DNA from: a virus
Lineage: Duplodnaviria; Caudoviricetes
Reading direction: 5' to 3' (one strand)
Virus record (IMG/VR): IMGVR_UViG_2551306637_000004
Location: 14,592-78,591 of that record
DNA: 64,000 bases
Positions 18,784 through 28,487 of this stretch are shown piece by piece. Under the pieces are notes generated by a model. That model worked only from the letters and a program-made list of their open reading frames with translations, was not told where the DNA came from and searched no databases. The position numbers and the translations under genes are program-made. Position 1 is the first letter of the stretch; the number at the start of each line of letters is the position of its first letter.

Positions 18784-20533
18784 AGATCAAGTTGCCAGTG
18801 GTGTGTTTGGTATTGGCCAGCGTGAGTTGACTGGTCTCGTTCATGCCCACGGTCGCGCCGACGATCTGGATGACACTGCGCGTTTCCGTGTTGAAGAGTG
18901 CGGATGCGTTGGTGGTGTGCAGCTTCACGGCAGACAACATGAAGCCCAGCGCGTGGAAGAAGTGATCGTTGCCGTTCAGCTTCTTCCATTCCGCTTCTTT
19001 CTCGGGTTCTTCATTGCGAACCATGTCTTTCAGGTGCTCAACGATCGCCGAGCGGTGCGTCCCGTAGCCGGAGAACTTGATCTTGCGCAGCCGGATGGCT
19101 CGGGCCACTTCGTCGAGCAGGAGCGTCCGGTTGGACTGCATGTGCGTGATCTCGCCGGCAGGGTCCTTGACGAGATTGATTTCCTTCGAGCCACGGTACT
19201 CGTTCGGCAGGACGCGGCGATGCGACACGTCGCGCACCGCCTCGGCGGTCGGCGTGTACGGGTGACGGTCACAACCACCGGCAACGACCCGGTAAGTGGT
19301 CAGGATGCGCGCGATCTCTTCCAGCAAGCGGCCGACCGGCACGGTCAGGAACTCGACCACATGGATCGATGACACGTCGTAGCCCTCGCCGACGACGATG
19401 TGGCAGGTCTGGCCGATGTCGATGCCGATCCACGCCGGCATCGTGTTGCTCGACGGACGGACCAGCTGGAATTCGGTGAAAGCCGCGTTGATGTCCGCGT
19501 CGTTCAGGCGCTGGTCGCCCCCGGTGTGGGAGCGCCCGAGCACGGTGTTGTACCAGCCGCGGATGAAGTCCTTGCGCTTGTAGATGAAGAGCTGCCGCAG
19601 GATGTACTTCGGCGGCAGGCGCTCGGTCGAGAAGGCACGTACGCGGTAGCCGCGCGCGTGCTTGCGCTGCGGGTACTTCGGCACCCATGCGCGGCGCTCG
19701 TGGTCGCCGAGGTTCAGCGGCGCACCGCAGTGCTCGCAGTGGATCGAGACGGCGTCGAGGTCGATCGTGCCGGCGTCGATCATGGCCTCTTCGATCTCCT
19801 CGAAGTCCAGGCTGTCGGGAAGACCAGGGATTCGGACGAACGGGCGCTCGAAATCGGGCACCTGCCAGTGGTTGCAGCAGGCGCACTTCAACATGTACTC
19901 GTGCTGGTCGCTGACCTTGAACGTCTGGTCGATGCCGTAATCCTGGAAGGTCGGCGTCGAAAACCGGTGGTTCAGCTTCCAGTCGGAGCCTTGAAGTCGC
20001 GAGTTGAAGAGGGCAAGCATCGACTGATCGGTCAAGTCCACTTCGTCGTTCACGACCATGTCTGCGGAGATGGACGTCGCGGCCCCTTCACCAGCAGCCG
20101 TGAGGTAGAGGAAGCTCTTGCCGACCTGAATGATCTCTTTCGTGCGCGTTGGCTTCTTGCCACCGAGCGATTCGAGGTTGAATGCGTGCTCCTCGTCGAC
20201 GAGCGGGCGAACGCGGCCGACCGAGATCCGCTCCATCATGGCCTCGTCGGGCAGCGTATAGATGACATTCACGCCACGGTTTCGAGCGATGAACGCGAGC
20301 ACCTTGCGGATCTGCACTTCGGTCAGTCCGACCTGCGACGGCTTGATGCAGTCGAGGTTGTCGTGCATGTCGTCCGCGATCTGCTTCTGGAACGGATAGC
20401 GCTTGAAAGAGAAGGCCCTGTCGTTGTGCGTGGTGTTTTCGCAGATCCAGTCGCCATAGGTCATCGACGCGCGGTCCTTCGACCAGCGGTTCGCGGCGCG
20501 TTCGTAGAGCTGTTGGAGATACTGGTTTGACAT
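18749..20533 (-). CDS. terL: Terminase large subunit (GpA-like)
   Basis: Walker A KPSQVGLTE, Walker B VNDEVD, Cys cluster CACC...CEHC, nuclease IGIDIGQ; start moved to MSNQY at 20533. Confidence 0.92.
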   Translation of the reverse strand: MSNQYLQQLYERAANRWSKDRASMTYGDWICENTTHNDRAFSFKRYPFQKQIADDMHDNLDCIKPSQVGLTEVQIRKVLAFIARNRGVNVIYTLPDEAMMERISVGRVRPLVDEEHAFNLESLGGKKPTRTKEIIQVGKSFLYLTAAGEGAATSISADMVVNDEVDLTDQSMLALFNSRLQGSDWKLNHRFSTPTFQDYGIDQTFKVSDQHEYMLKCACCNHWQVPDFERPFVRIPGLPDSLDFEEIEEAMIDAGTIDLDAVSIHCEHCGAPLNLGDHERRAWVPKYPQRKHARGYRVRAFSTERLPPKYILRQLFIYKRKDFIRGWYNTVLGRSHTGGDQRLNDADINAAFTEFQLVRPSSNTMPAWIGIDIGQTCHIVVGEGYDVSSIHVVEFLTVPVGRLLEEIARILTTYRVVAGGCDRHPYTPTAEAVRDVSHRRVLPNEYRGSKEINLVKDPAGEITHMQSNRTLLLDEVARAIRLRKIKFSGYGTHRSAIVEHLKDMVRNEEPEKEAEWKKLNGNDHFFHALGFMLSAVKLHTTNASALFNTETRSVIQIVGATVGMNETSQLTLANTKHTTGNLIYGNDHHPQVFF

Positions 20534-20738
20534 AGGGATGATTCGGCCATCTAAGCAGGCGCTATTCTCACGCGGCCGGTCATCGCAGCACAAAGAAAAT
20601 CTGACGGGTATGTCGGTTGTTGTCCCTTTCGCGGGCTTCAGACGATAGAGGCGAGCGTTTAGCAGATAAACGTCGTGATTTCCATTCTTCGCGGAGAGGC
20701 TGGCCGGTATCCTTGCACTCCTCTTCAGCGAGAACCCC

Positions 20739-21290
20739 ATGAGCAACGACTTTCACTACCCGGTCATTACCGATCATGTCGAGTGGTCGATCAAGATGAT
20801 CATCACGTTGGCCACGGAGAACGCGGCCTATCTCGACGATGAAGCATGCCCCTACGGTGTCGATTTCAAGAAAGTGATCTCGAACCTGATTCATCGTCAG
20901 GTTGAACCTGAACAAAAGAAGGTTGACATAGCGGATTTCGAGATCACCGAGGACCAGATCGATTCGAGTCTCGACATCGACCTGTATCGAGTCTTCACCG
21001 ACCTGAAGAACTACGGCAAGACCATCCCTCAATCCGATCAGACGGAGCGCATGGCGTACTTCCGCACGGCGACCAGCCTCCTCGAACGTCTGGTGACAGC
21101 TCGTGAGCGCGCGTTGGGGATCAAGCAGATCCGCGACTTCCAAGACACTGTCCTGAGCATCATGGAAGAGTGCATGTCGCCGGATCAGCGCACCGAGGTC
21201 ATGGAACGCCTGCGCAGCGCAATCACCACTCGTCGCTCCGACGATGACGCTGCGTCCACCACCACACAAGAGTCTTCGAATGAGAACTGA
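20739..21290 (+). CDS. Hypothetical protein divergent from terL (possible small terminase)
   Basis: 183-aa helical ORF; function inferred from position only. Confidence 0.6.
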   Translation: MSNDFHYPVITDHVEWSIKMIITLATENAAYLDDEACPYGVDFKKVISNLIHRQVEPEQKKVDIADFEITEDQIDSSLDIDLYRVFTDLKNYGKTIPQSDQTERMAYFRTATSLLERLVTARERALGIKQIRDFQDTVLSIMEECMSPDQRTEVMERLRSAITTRRSDDDAASTTTQESSNEN

Positions 21291-23799
21291 ACGACAACCG
21301 ATCTTTGCGCAGACCGCACCGAGGTACTACGCGAAGGGTCTGCCCGTCATCCCTCTTTATCCCGAAGAGAAGAAGCCGATCCCGAACGACTGGTCGCGTT
21401 ACTTCGACCATCCGGTCGAGCCTGAGCAACAGCAGGCGTGGATCGAGCAGTGCCCGACGTCGAACATCGGTATCGTGCTCGGCCCGCAGTCGGGCATCGT
21501 CATGATGGACATCGACACGGTCGATCAGCGGTTGACGTCGATCATCCAAAGCCTGCTGCCGGTGTCACCGTGGTGCCGTATCGGCAAGAAGGGGATGATG
21601 CTCGCGTTCAAGTACACGGGCCTGAAGACCTTCCGTATCAAGAACACGTCGGGCGAGACGATCTGCGAAATGCTGTCGGCTCGCACGCAGTCCGTACTGC
21701 CTCCGTCGATCCATCCGGATACGAAGCGGCCGTACGAGGCGAACTGCGAACTGGTCGATGTCGTCCACATGCTGCCGGCGCTCGACCCGCAGATCGAATC
21801 GATGCTGCGCGCCGCGTTGCAGGAAGCCGGCGTCGAGTTGTCGCACTCGGGTTGGACGCGCGTGGTCGACTTTGCGTCGGCCGGCTCGCGAGACACGTCG
21901 TTGACGGAACGCGCGGGCCTCTTCGCGTACGCGGTCATGCGGGGCGATCGCTCGTTGAAGGAGGCCATCGGTATGCTCCAGGCGTACGCGGCCGATTTTG
22001 TCGAGAACGTTGCAGGTGATCCGATCGACGTCGACAAGCACGTCAAGAACATGATCAAGTTCCTGCACCGTGACGTCTACGACAAGCAGAAGGTGCTTCC
22101 GAGCGGTTGGGATGACGGTCTGACCGACGAAGAGAAGCAGGCGTACAGCCTCGACTTCACGAAAGAGCAGGAAGAGTGGGGATTCGACGACCTCAAGCAG
22201 TTCCTCCTGGACGAATTCGAGCGTTTTCCGAAGGATTCGCCGCAGCGCAGCCAGTCGATCGACAAGGCGCTGCACAAGGTGGCCACGACTTCGAGCCTCA
22301 ACAAGCTCGAAGAGGACCGCATCCTTGACTTCATTTCGACGTCGGGAGGCATGGGTCTGAAGCTTTCCTCGCTCAAGGCGCGCATCAAAGAGCTGCGTAT
22401 GGGGGAGATCAAAGGGCAAGACCAGTCGGAAGTGGCGCGCGCCGTCATCAAGGACCTTGAACAGATGTTCCCCGTGCGCGCGCACAACGGTTTCCTCTGG
22501 AAGTGGGCCGGTTCGCACTGGGAAAAGCTCGACGACAACTACGTGCTGTCGAAGATCTCTGCCGACTATGGCCATCTGACTGCTTGCAAGAAGTTCAACG
22601 ACATCCGCGGCATTCACAACCTGATGAAAACCATCTTGCCGCAGGGTATCCGCACGCTCGACGTGCGCGGCGTGAACTTCGCGAACGGCTTCCTCACGGA
22701 AGACCTGAAACTGCTGAATCACGACCCCGGCTACGGCATGATCTACACGTTGCCGTTCCGCTATCTGCCGGAAATCTCGGGAAACTGTCCGATGTTCTTC
22801 GAATTCCTGAAGAAGAGCTGGGGTGAGGACGAGGACTACCAGCAGAAGCTCGACGCTATTCAAGAGGCGCTGGCCGTCACGTTGTTCGGTCTCGGCCCGC
22901 GTTTCCAGCGTGCCGTGCTGCTACAGGGTGCGCCGAAGTCCGGGAAGAGCCAGTTGCTGAAGATCGCGCAGTCTCTCGTGCCCGACAACGCGCGCGCTGC
23001 GGTGCCGCCGAACGAGTGGGCCGACAAGTTTCTGCCGACGCAGATGTTCGAGAAGATCATCAATGTCGCGGGCGAGCTGAGCGAGAAGAAACTGGTCGAT
23101 GGCCAGCGCTTCAAGGACATTATCGATGGCGCGGAGATGTCAGGGCAGATGAAGGGTGGCCAGATCTTCCGCTTCCGGCCGATCTGCACGCACTGGTTCG
23201 CGTCGAACCACTATCCGCGCACTGAAGATACGTCCGAGGGCTTCAACCGTCGCTGGCTCGTGCTTCAGTTCAACCGGCCCGTGAAGGCCTCGGAGCGCCG
23301 CCTGGACCTCGGGGATGTGATCGTCGTCGAGGAGCGCGAAGCGATCGTCGCGTGGGCCGTGCAATCGATGAGCCGGTTGAAGGCGCACAACGAGTTCACG
23401 TTGCCCGATTCGCATAAGCAGACCATGCGTGAAGTCGCCAACCTCAACAACAGCGTCCGGTTTTTTCTCACGGAGAGTGGCAAGGTGCGGATGGGCGCTC
23501 TCCAACCGGAGGCATCCGCTGGGTCGAAGAGTTCAGCCCCCATCTCGGTGGTGGAAACGAAGCTCTATCAGACATACTGGTCCTTCTGCGTAGGGCCGGG
23601 AAGTGCCAAGCCTGTTGGATCGACGCAGTTCAGAGCCAAGATGCGGGAATTGGCTACCGAGTTCGGATTCAAGCTTACGATCAGAAACACGGAGCTGGGG
23701 GGGCAGGAGATTCAGTACGAAAACCTCACACTTGTGGGATCGTCGGGTTCGCAGAGTACATCGACGGCCCCTTCTGGCGCGAAGCCCATCGCCGCTTGA
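21280..23799 (+). CDS. Primase-polymerase fused to a D5-like SF3 helicase
   Basis: N-terminal Prim-Pol motifs (VIPL...KKP, NIGIV, DID, SVLPPSIHP); Walker A GAPKSGKS; FASNHYP; start MRTERQ at 21280. Confidence 0.9.
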   Translation: MRTERQPIFAQTAPRYYAKGLPVIPLYPEEKKPIPNDWSRYFDHPVEPEQQQAWIEQCPTSNIGIVLGPQSGIVMMDIDTVDQRLTSIIQSLLPVSPWCRIGKKGMMLAFKYTGLKTFRIKNTSGETICEMLSARTQSVLPPSIHPDTKRPYEANCELVDVVHMLPALDPQIESMLRAALQEAGVELSHSGWTRVVDFASAGSRDTSLTERAGLFAYAVMRGDRSLKEAIGMLQAYAADFVENVAGDPIDVDKHVKNMIKFLHRDVYDKQKVLPSGWDDGLTDEEKQAYSLDFTKEQEEWGFDDLKQFLLDEFERFPKDSPQRSQSIDKALHKVATTSSLNKLEEDRILDFISTSGGMGLKLSSLKARIKELRMGEIKGQDQSEVARAVIKDLEQMFPVRAHNGFLWKWAGSHWEKLDDNYVLSKISADYGHLTACKKFNDIRGIHNLMKTILPQGIRTLDVRGVNFANGFLTEDLKLLNHDPGYGMIYTLPFRYLPEISGNCPMFFEFLKKSWGEDEDYQQKLDAIQEALAVTLFGLGPRFQRAVLLQGAPKSGKSQLLKIAQSLVPDNARAAVPPNEWADKFLPTQMFEKIINVAGELSEKKLVDGQRFKDIIDGAEMSGQMKGGQIFRFRPICTHWFASNHYPRTEDTSEGFNRRWLVLQFNRPVKASERRLDLGDVIVVEEREAIVAWAVQSMSRLKAHNEFTLPDSHKQTMREVANLNNSVRFFLTESGKVRMGALQPEASAGSKSSAPISVVETKLYQTYWSFCVGPGSAKPVGSTQFRAKMRELATEFGFKLTIRNTELGGQEIQYENLTLVGSSGSQSTSTAPSGAKPIAA

Positions 23800-23847
23800 T
23801 GTTGAGTATGTATAACCGCGAAGAGAACTACTAGAAACGCGAGTACG

Positions 23848-23885
23848 AAAAAAATCGCCCCGAGGGTAGCTAATCCTCGGGGCGA
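23848..23885 (-). terminator. Rho-independent terminator downstream of the HNH gene
   Basis: 11-bp stem TCGCCCCGAGG/CCTCGGGGCGA plus a 7-nt T-run on the minus strand. Confidence 0.75.
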
Positions 23886-24031
23886 CCTAACAGCTAACAT
23901 TGATCAAAACATGCCCCTGAAGAGGGCTGACAGTGAGGCTGGCCACCTCGACTGCCGAAGACAAGTCTCTCAACTCGTCATGCTTGACTCACCACCACAG
24001 ATCATCAAGCACTTTGTTAACTTTACCTGTC

Positions 24032-24607
24032 TCAACCTACCTTTGCAAGTCCCTTTCGGCTTATCAAAAGAGGTTTTAGCAATTCATCGGTACTTACTCC
24101 TCTGTTAAGAGGACTATGGAGAACGACCTTAGCTGCAAGGTACATCTCATGCGCTTCTACAGGACTTGAGAACGTGCCCAGGTGGATTGCTTTATCGCGA
24201 TAAATGGTCGCCCTGTAGTTCCCGGAGTTTGTGACGATGACCCCTGGGAAAGCGTCTTTCGTGTCCGCAAGGTTACTTACGGTTACAACTTGAGCGGGGT
24301 CAAAAAGGTTCTCAACCCGGTTATTTTGCTTGTCATCGTCTCGATGGCGAATCGAGCCTGTAGGCCAGTATCCATAGGCGAGTGCCCATACGAGATGATG
24401 TTCATAGATGACTAACCCTTTGAAAACTACCTGCCGAAAACCTGACGGTTTGTGTAAGGAGCTGGCGATTTTTCCGGCCGATCTAGGTCCTCTTGGGCTG
24501 TTTGTCAGACGAATAACGCGACCTGCTACTGGGTCGTAGCCAAAGTGCTCACGAGCCATCTCAACCGTAAAGTCCTGGCGCTTTAGTTTTTCTTTCTCCA
24601 TTGTCAT
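24032..24607 (-). CDS. HNH homing endonuclease with C-terminal AP2-like DNA-binding domain
   Basis: YEHHLVW...HRDDDKQNNRVENL and PGV...YRATI...HLGTF..PVEAHEMY; AT-richer than flanks. Confidence 0.85.
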   Translation of the reverse strand: MTMEKEKLKRQDFTVEMAREHFGYDPVAGRVIRLTNSPRGPRSAGKIASSLHKPSGFRQVVFKGLVIYEHHLVWALAYGYWPTGSIRHRDDDKQNNRVENLFDPAQVVTVSNLADTKDAFPGVIVTNSGNYRATIYRDKAIHLGTFSSPVEAHEMYLAAKVVLHSPLNRGVSTDELLKPLLISRKGLAKVG

Positions 24608-25070
24608 CTCTGTTTCATAGAGTCGTGCCCGTAGCGGGGCCAGAACGTTCGGACTCCAACCGGCCCAGCCTCAATATCTGGCCCCGAAATATTGTTACCG
24701 AATGTTTCGGTCGCGGCGGCGCTTGCCGGCAGCACGGGCAGGGGCCGGGGCGGTAGCGTGGGAAGTATAAAGCATACTATGGTTGGAAAATCGAAAAATT
24801 CAAACGCAGTGTACCTACCATAGTCGAAACCACAGCGCAACCCCTTCGCTTTAAATCATAGTATCCTTATAACCGTGGTAGATGCAGTAACGCAGCGACC
24901 GCGGGGCATGCGCCCCGTGCGCGCTGGGGGAGACGTGCGCCTTGCGCACGGGACAGTCCCAAAGGTGCAACGTTGAACCTTTCGCAGCGCAGTAGATGAA
25001 AGGTGCAAGTTGAACCAAAGCAAACGGCGCAATCCCGCGCCATTCGCAACCTACGCTTAGGGGTACTAAC

Positions 25071-25829
25071 ATGGCTGAGTTTCAAATTGCATCGGGCGCG
25101 GCAACCTATGCCGCGAAGGAAATTATCGGCACGGAGCGCAGCGCAATCACGCGCGCTTACTCGGCAATCGTCGCCTTGTGCCTTCGCGACGACAATCACG
25201 GCGCGCGCGGCTATGCGGCTCGCTTGATTGACGTGTTGAGCGAGCAAATCGCCGAGCAACGCGCCGGTAAAAAGTGGGCGGACATGGGCGCGGCCGATCG
25301 TGTTAGCGCCACGCGTGCCGCGTTTCCGACCGCGAAGCGTTACGCGGAAAAATCGGTTGGCATCGCGAAGCAAGCAGCCGACAAGGGCGCGCCCGTGACT
25401 GAAATTGCGAACGCAGAGAAAGACGAAGACGCGGCCGGCATCGTGCGCGCGTGGCTTCTCGGCATGGGCTGCACGTCGCAAGACGCGTTGTTTGCCGCGT
25501 TCGGGTTCGCGAAAGCGGCGGGCAAGCGCGAGCCGAAAGGCGCAACCGCGAAAACTCCGTCTGAAGTGACGAGCAGCACGCCTGAAGTGCCCGCGAGCGA
25601 TGCACAGCCCGCACAAGCGCCAGCCGCAGAGGTGAAAGAAGCGGATAACCGCAGCGTTGCGGACGTATCGCGCGAAAACGCAGCGCGTTTCGCTGAGTCC
25701 GTGCGCGCGGTCATGGCTGGCATGTCCGATGCGGATCGGCAGTTCTTCGCACAAACGATTCTCGCCGATGTTCAGGCAGCAGCAGCCCTGAATATCGCGG
25801 TCGCCGAAACCGAAACGGTAGCGGCGTAA
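25071..25829 (+). CDS. Ala-rich hypothetical early protein
   Basis: 252-aa ORF with GGGG RBS, downstream of two palindrome copies. Confidence 0.75.
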   Translation: MAEFQIASGAATYAAKEIIGTERSAITRAYSAIVALCLRDDNHGARGYAARLIDVLSEQIAEQRAGKKWADMGAADRVSATRAAFPTAKRYAEKSVGIAKQAADKGAPVTEIANAEKDEDAAGIVRAWLLGMGCTSQDALFAAFGFAKAAGKREPKGATAKTPSEVTSSTPEVPASDAQPAQAPAAEVKEADNRSVADVSRENAARFAESVRAVMAGMSDADRQFFAQTILADVQAAAALNIAVAETETVAA

Positions 25830-26067
25830 GTCAACCTCGCCCAGTTGCCAGACTGGGCGGGTTTGAACGGCTCGCGCGTGGTGGCGTGAGTCGTTCCTTT
25901 TTCTTCTCCCTATAGGGGCCGGCGCTACCGTTCATGCGCCTGTCGCTGGGGCATCCACGTATCCACGAATCCGGTCATGCCTCTGCGGCAGGCGTAGTAG
26001 CGCCCAGTAGGCGGCTTGATCCAGAAACTGGATGAAAAGTGCAAGTTGAACCATCCGGAGAATTCCG

Positions 26068-26448
26068 ATGCGCTACCTTGATCCGACGATCAGCAACTAT
26101 TCGAAAGCGATTTCCAGCGGCCTTGATGCGCAGCGCCAGTATCAGCGCGCGTTCCGGTTTGATCAGCAGCACGGCGAGCGTGCAGAGCGGCTGGCGTGCA
26201 TCGCGATGATCCGCGCCAACCTGCCGGAAGACGAATGGCCCGAGTTCGCCCGTGAGGCCGCTACCGCTCCCGCAGCAGAAGCGGTAGCGCTGCCCGTTAC
26301 GCGGAAGCGGCAGCGGGCAGCAGAGGCGCGATACCGGCGCGAAGTGCAGGTCCAGGAGGTCCGGTGTGATCTCGGCCGGCTGGTCGAGGCGTGGGGCGCG
26401 ACCGTCCGCGACGGAGCAACGTTGCGCGCGCTGCGCGGAGGGCGCTGA
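26068..26448 (+). CDS. Hypothetical protein
   Basis: GGAG RBS; palindrome copy 16 bp upstream. Confidence 0.6.
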   Translation: MRYLDPTISNYSKAISSGLDAQRQYQRAFRFDQQHGERAERLACIAMIRANLPEDEWPEFAREAATAPAAEAVALPVTRKRQRAAEARYRREVQVQEVRCDLGRLVEAWGATVRDGATLRALRGGR

Positions 26449-26449
26449 C

Positions 26450-26563
26450 ATGGTCGCTGGAGCGGTAGCGGCATTGGCGATCGTGTCGTTATTGGCATGG
26501 GGCGCATTCGATAAGTGGGAAATAAAGCGAGTGCAAACGTTCAACTTGAACCGAAATGGTTAA
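26450..26563 (+). CDS. Small putative membrane peptide (37 aa)
   Basis: MVAGAVAALAIVSLLAWGAF; GGAGGG upstream, adjacent to the previous stop. Confidence 0.4.
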   Translation: MVAGAVAALAIVSLLAWGAFDKWEIKRVQTFNLNRNG

Positions 26564-26597
26564 TTGCGCGGCATTCCGCGTCACGCGAAACGCACGC

Positions 26598-26986
26598 ATA
26601 TATCTGATAGTTGGAGCGGGCGATTTTGTGGGGGCGGTAGCGAATGTGCGGAGCGTAACCCGGTGCCCGAAACTATGTTGTTTCTATACAACATAGTTTT
26701 CCTTGTCCCCGGTTCGCTACCACGCCCCCTCCAGCTCCAGCTCCCGTAGATGGCCAGGAGGGGTGCAAAGCGCAGCGGCAACTATCTGATAGTTGTCTTG
26801 GATTGTCTTCGTAAATCAACAACTTACATATTTAACTTCTCTTCTTTTTCTCTTTCCCTTTCCGTTCCAAAGAAGAAAAGAGAGGGGACAAGGATGGGCG
26901 TCAAAGTCGACTTCATTGCGAAATCGCATCTATCTGATAGTTCTAGTTTTATATAAGAAACGAATCAGACCTCCATCCTTGTCCCC
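26598..26986. repeat. Non-coding repeat cluster: 3x TATCTGATAGTT and 3x CCTTGTCCCC
   Basis: TATCTGATAGTT at 26601, 26783, 26931; 14-bp inverted repeat 26884-26897/26973-26986 plus a copy at 26701. Confidence 0.85.
26814..26826 (+). promoter_or_regulatory. IHF-binding consensus site
   Basis: AATCAACAACTTA is an exact WATCAANNNNTTR match in AT-rich non-coding DNA. Confidence 0.55.
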
Positions 26987-27045
26987 CCTGAATTCGCGAC
27001 GCGCTTCCGAATCGCGTTTCTGTCGCATTTATACGATAAATACCA

Positions 27046-27441
27046 ATGACAATGAAAACTACGCCCGTAAACCGGATATGCTTGTCCCCCTCGCAGCAAG
27101 TAATCGAGACCGCGCATAGCAACGCGCTGCTCGCTACCGCTCCAGCTCGTGCTCTAGCTCCAGCTCGTGCTCCCGTAGCAGGCCGCGCGCTCGTCGTCTT
27201 CGCTCCAGCTCGTGCTCCACGAAACGTGCAACTTGCACCTTCGCTGTACGACGCCCGAGCCTATGTGCGGACGACCACGGTCTCGACGACTCGAACCATC
27301 CGCGGCTGGAACGTACGGGTGGAACTCACCGCTCGCGAGCTGGCTACCGCCGATTCCGCCGATCGCACCATCGGCAGACTGTGCGCCCTCGCGACCGTGA
27401 TCCTGGCCGTGATCGGAATGTGGGCGCACATCTTCGGCTGA
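27046..27441 (+). CDS. Hypothetical protein with APARA repeats and C-terminal hydrophobic helix
   Basis: ORF track; start uncertain. Confidence 0.45.
   Translation: MTMKTTPVNRICLSPSQQVIETAHSNALLATAPARALAPARAPVAGRALVVFAPARAPRNVQLAPSLYDARAYVRTTTVSTTRTIRGWNVRVELTARELATADSADRTIGRLCALATVILAVIGMWAHIFG
27139..27216 (+). repeat. 3x 15-bp direct repeat GCTCCAGCTCGTGCT
   Basis: Copies at 27139, 27157, 27202. Confidence 0.85.
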
Positions 27442-27565
27442 ATCAGCGGGCCAGACCGTTTTTCCAGGCGCAGGCGGGCCTTGCGGGACCTCCCGTATAC
27501 CCACCTAGCCAAAAACAACGCCAGCGGCATATAGAGCCTCTGACAAAACCATTCCGATAGGAATC

Positions 27566-27973
27566 GTGATCACCACCACCATGCCGCTTTATGCCGCGAT
27601 TGCGTCCACGCTCGCGACTATCGAGCGCTGCAAGTCCATGCGCAGCCCCTACCTTCCCAACCACGAAGTGCGCCTCGGAAAGCTGCTCGACATGCTTCCT
27701 TCAGGCTCGGGCCTTGACTCAGGCACGCAACTGCTCGAAGACGAGTGCAAGAGCAACAAGCTGGTATTTCAAGCCGATTTTCATCACATGAACGGACACG
27801 GGATGTACGACGGATGGTCGGAACACCACGTGATCGTCACGCCATCGCTGGACACGGGGGCTGTCATCCGGATCACTGGCCGTAACCGGAACAGCATCAA
27901 GGACTACCTGCACGATGTGTTTCACCACGCGCTGTTTCAGGAAGTCGACCCATACCCGATAGGTTCAACTTGA
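27566..27973 (+). CDS. Phage hypothetical protein (LPSGSG motif)
   Basis: ORF track; alternative ATG at 27581. Confidence 0.75.
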   Translation: MITTTMPLYAAIASTLATIERCKSMRSPYLPNHEVRLGKLLDMLPSGSGLDSGTQLLEDECKSNKLVFQADFHHMNGHGMYDGWSEHHVIVTPSLDTGAVIRITGRNRNSIKDYLHDVFHHALFQEVDPYPIGST

Positions 27974-28013
27974 ACCATCGCCTGAGAACCAACAAGAAGA
28001 AACGACGAAGACC

Positions 28014-28130
28014 ATGAACGCTATCTATTCCGAAGCCCCCCAGCTGTTTGACGCAATCGACGAACTGTTCAAGTCGCGTGAAGACAGCGAGCAGGATATT
28101 CGACCGATCTTGACCGTGTTCGCGAGCTGA
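28014..28130 (+). CDS. Small acidic hypothetical protein (38 aa)
   Basis: Hand-translated MNAIYSEAPQLFDAIDELFKSREDSEQDIRPILTVFAS; fills an intergenic gap. Confidence 0.45.
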   Translation: MNAIYSEAPQLFDAIDELFKSREDSEQDIRPILTVFAS

Positions 28131-28169
28131 CATAGATCGGCCTGCATTCCCTGAAGAGAACCCACCACC

Positions 28170-28484
28170 ATGAAGACTATCGAGACATATGTGACGGCCG
28201 ATGGCCGGCAGTTCACCAACTACGTCGAGGCACTGCGCCACGAAGTGACCGTGGTATTGCCCGACAACCTGGCGCAGATCATCAACGACGAGTATGCGAA
28301 GGCGTCGTGCGGCGTTGCGTTGCAGGACGAGCCGCTGATGAAGATCGTCGACGGGGTCATCAACAACCTCCAGCACGTCGAGACGATCCTTGAGCAGATC
28401 AAGAGTGGCAGGGCCGAACTCAATGGGTTGGAATTCGTACAGCAGGCCACCCAGCGTTCCCAGTCGCATTCGATCCAGGGGTGA
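28170..28484 (+). CDS. Hypothetical protein (Y-x-x-x-DG-x-x-F...HE family)
   Basis: ORF track, operon context. Confidence 0.7.
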   Translation: MKTIETYVTADGRQFTNYVEALRHEVTVVLPDNLAQIINDEYAKASCGVALQDEPLMKIVDGVINNLQHVETILEQIKSGRAELNGLEFVQQATQRSQSHSIQG

Positions 28485-28487
28485 GCC

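Noticed and set aside
17302-18825. 507-aa plus-strand ORF
   Set aside because: Antisense shadow of the portal gene; long shadow ORFs are expected in high-GC DNA
23911-24108. 65-aa ORF after a phage-type leader
   Set aside because: Overlaps the HNH 3' end and lacks protein-like features; kept only as a possible remnant
24032-25070. Group I intron around the HNH gene
   Set aside because: No interrupted host gene on either side and no convincing P7 (R/S) elements
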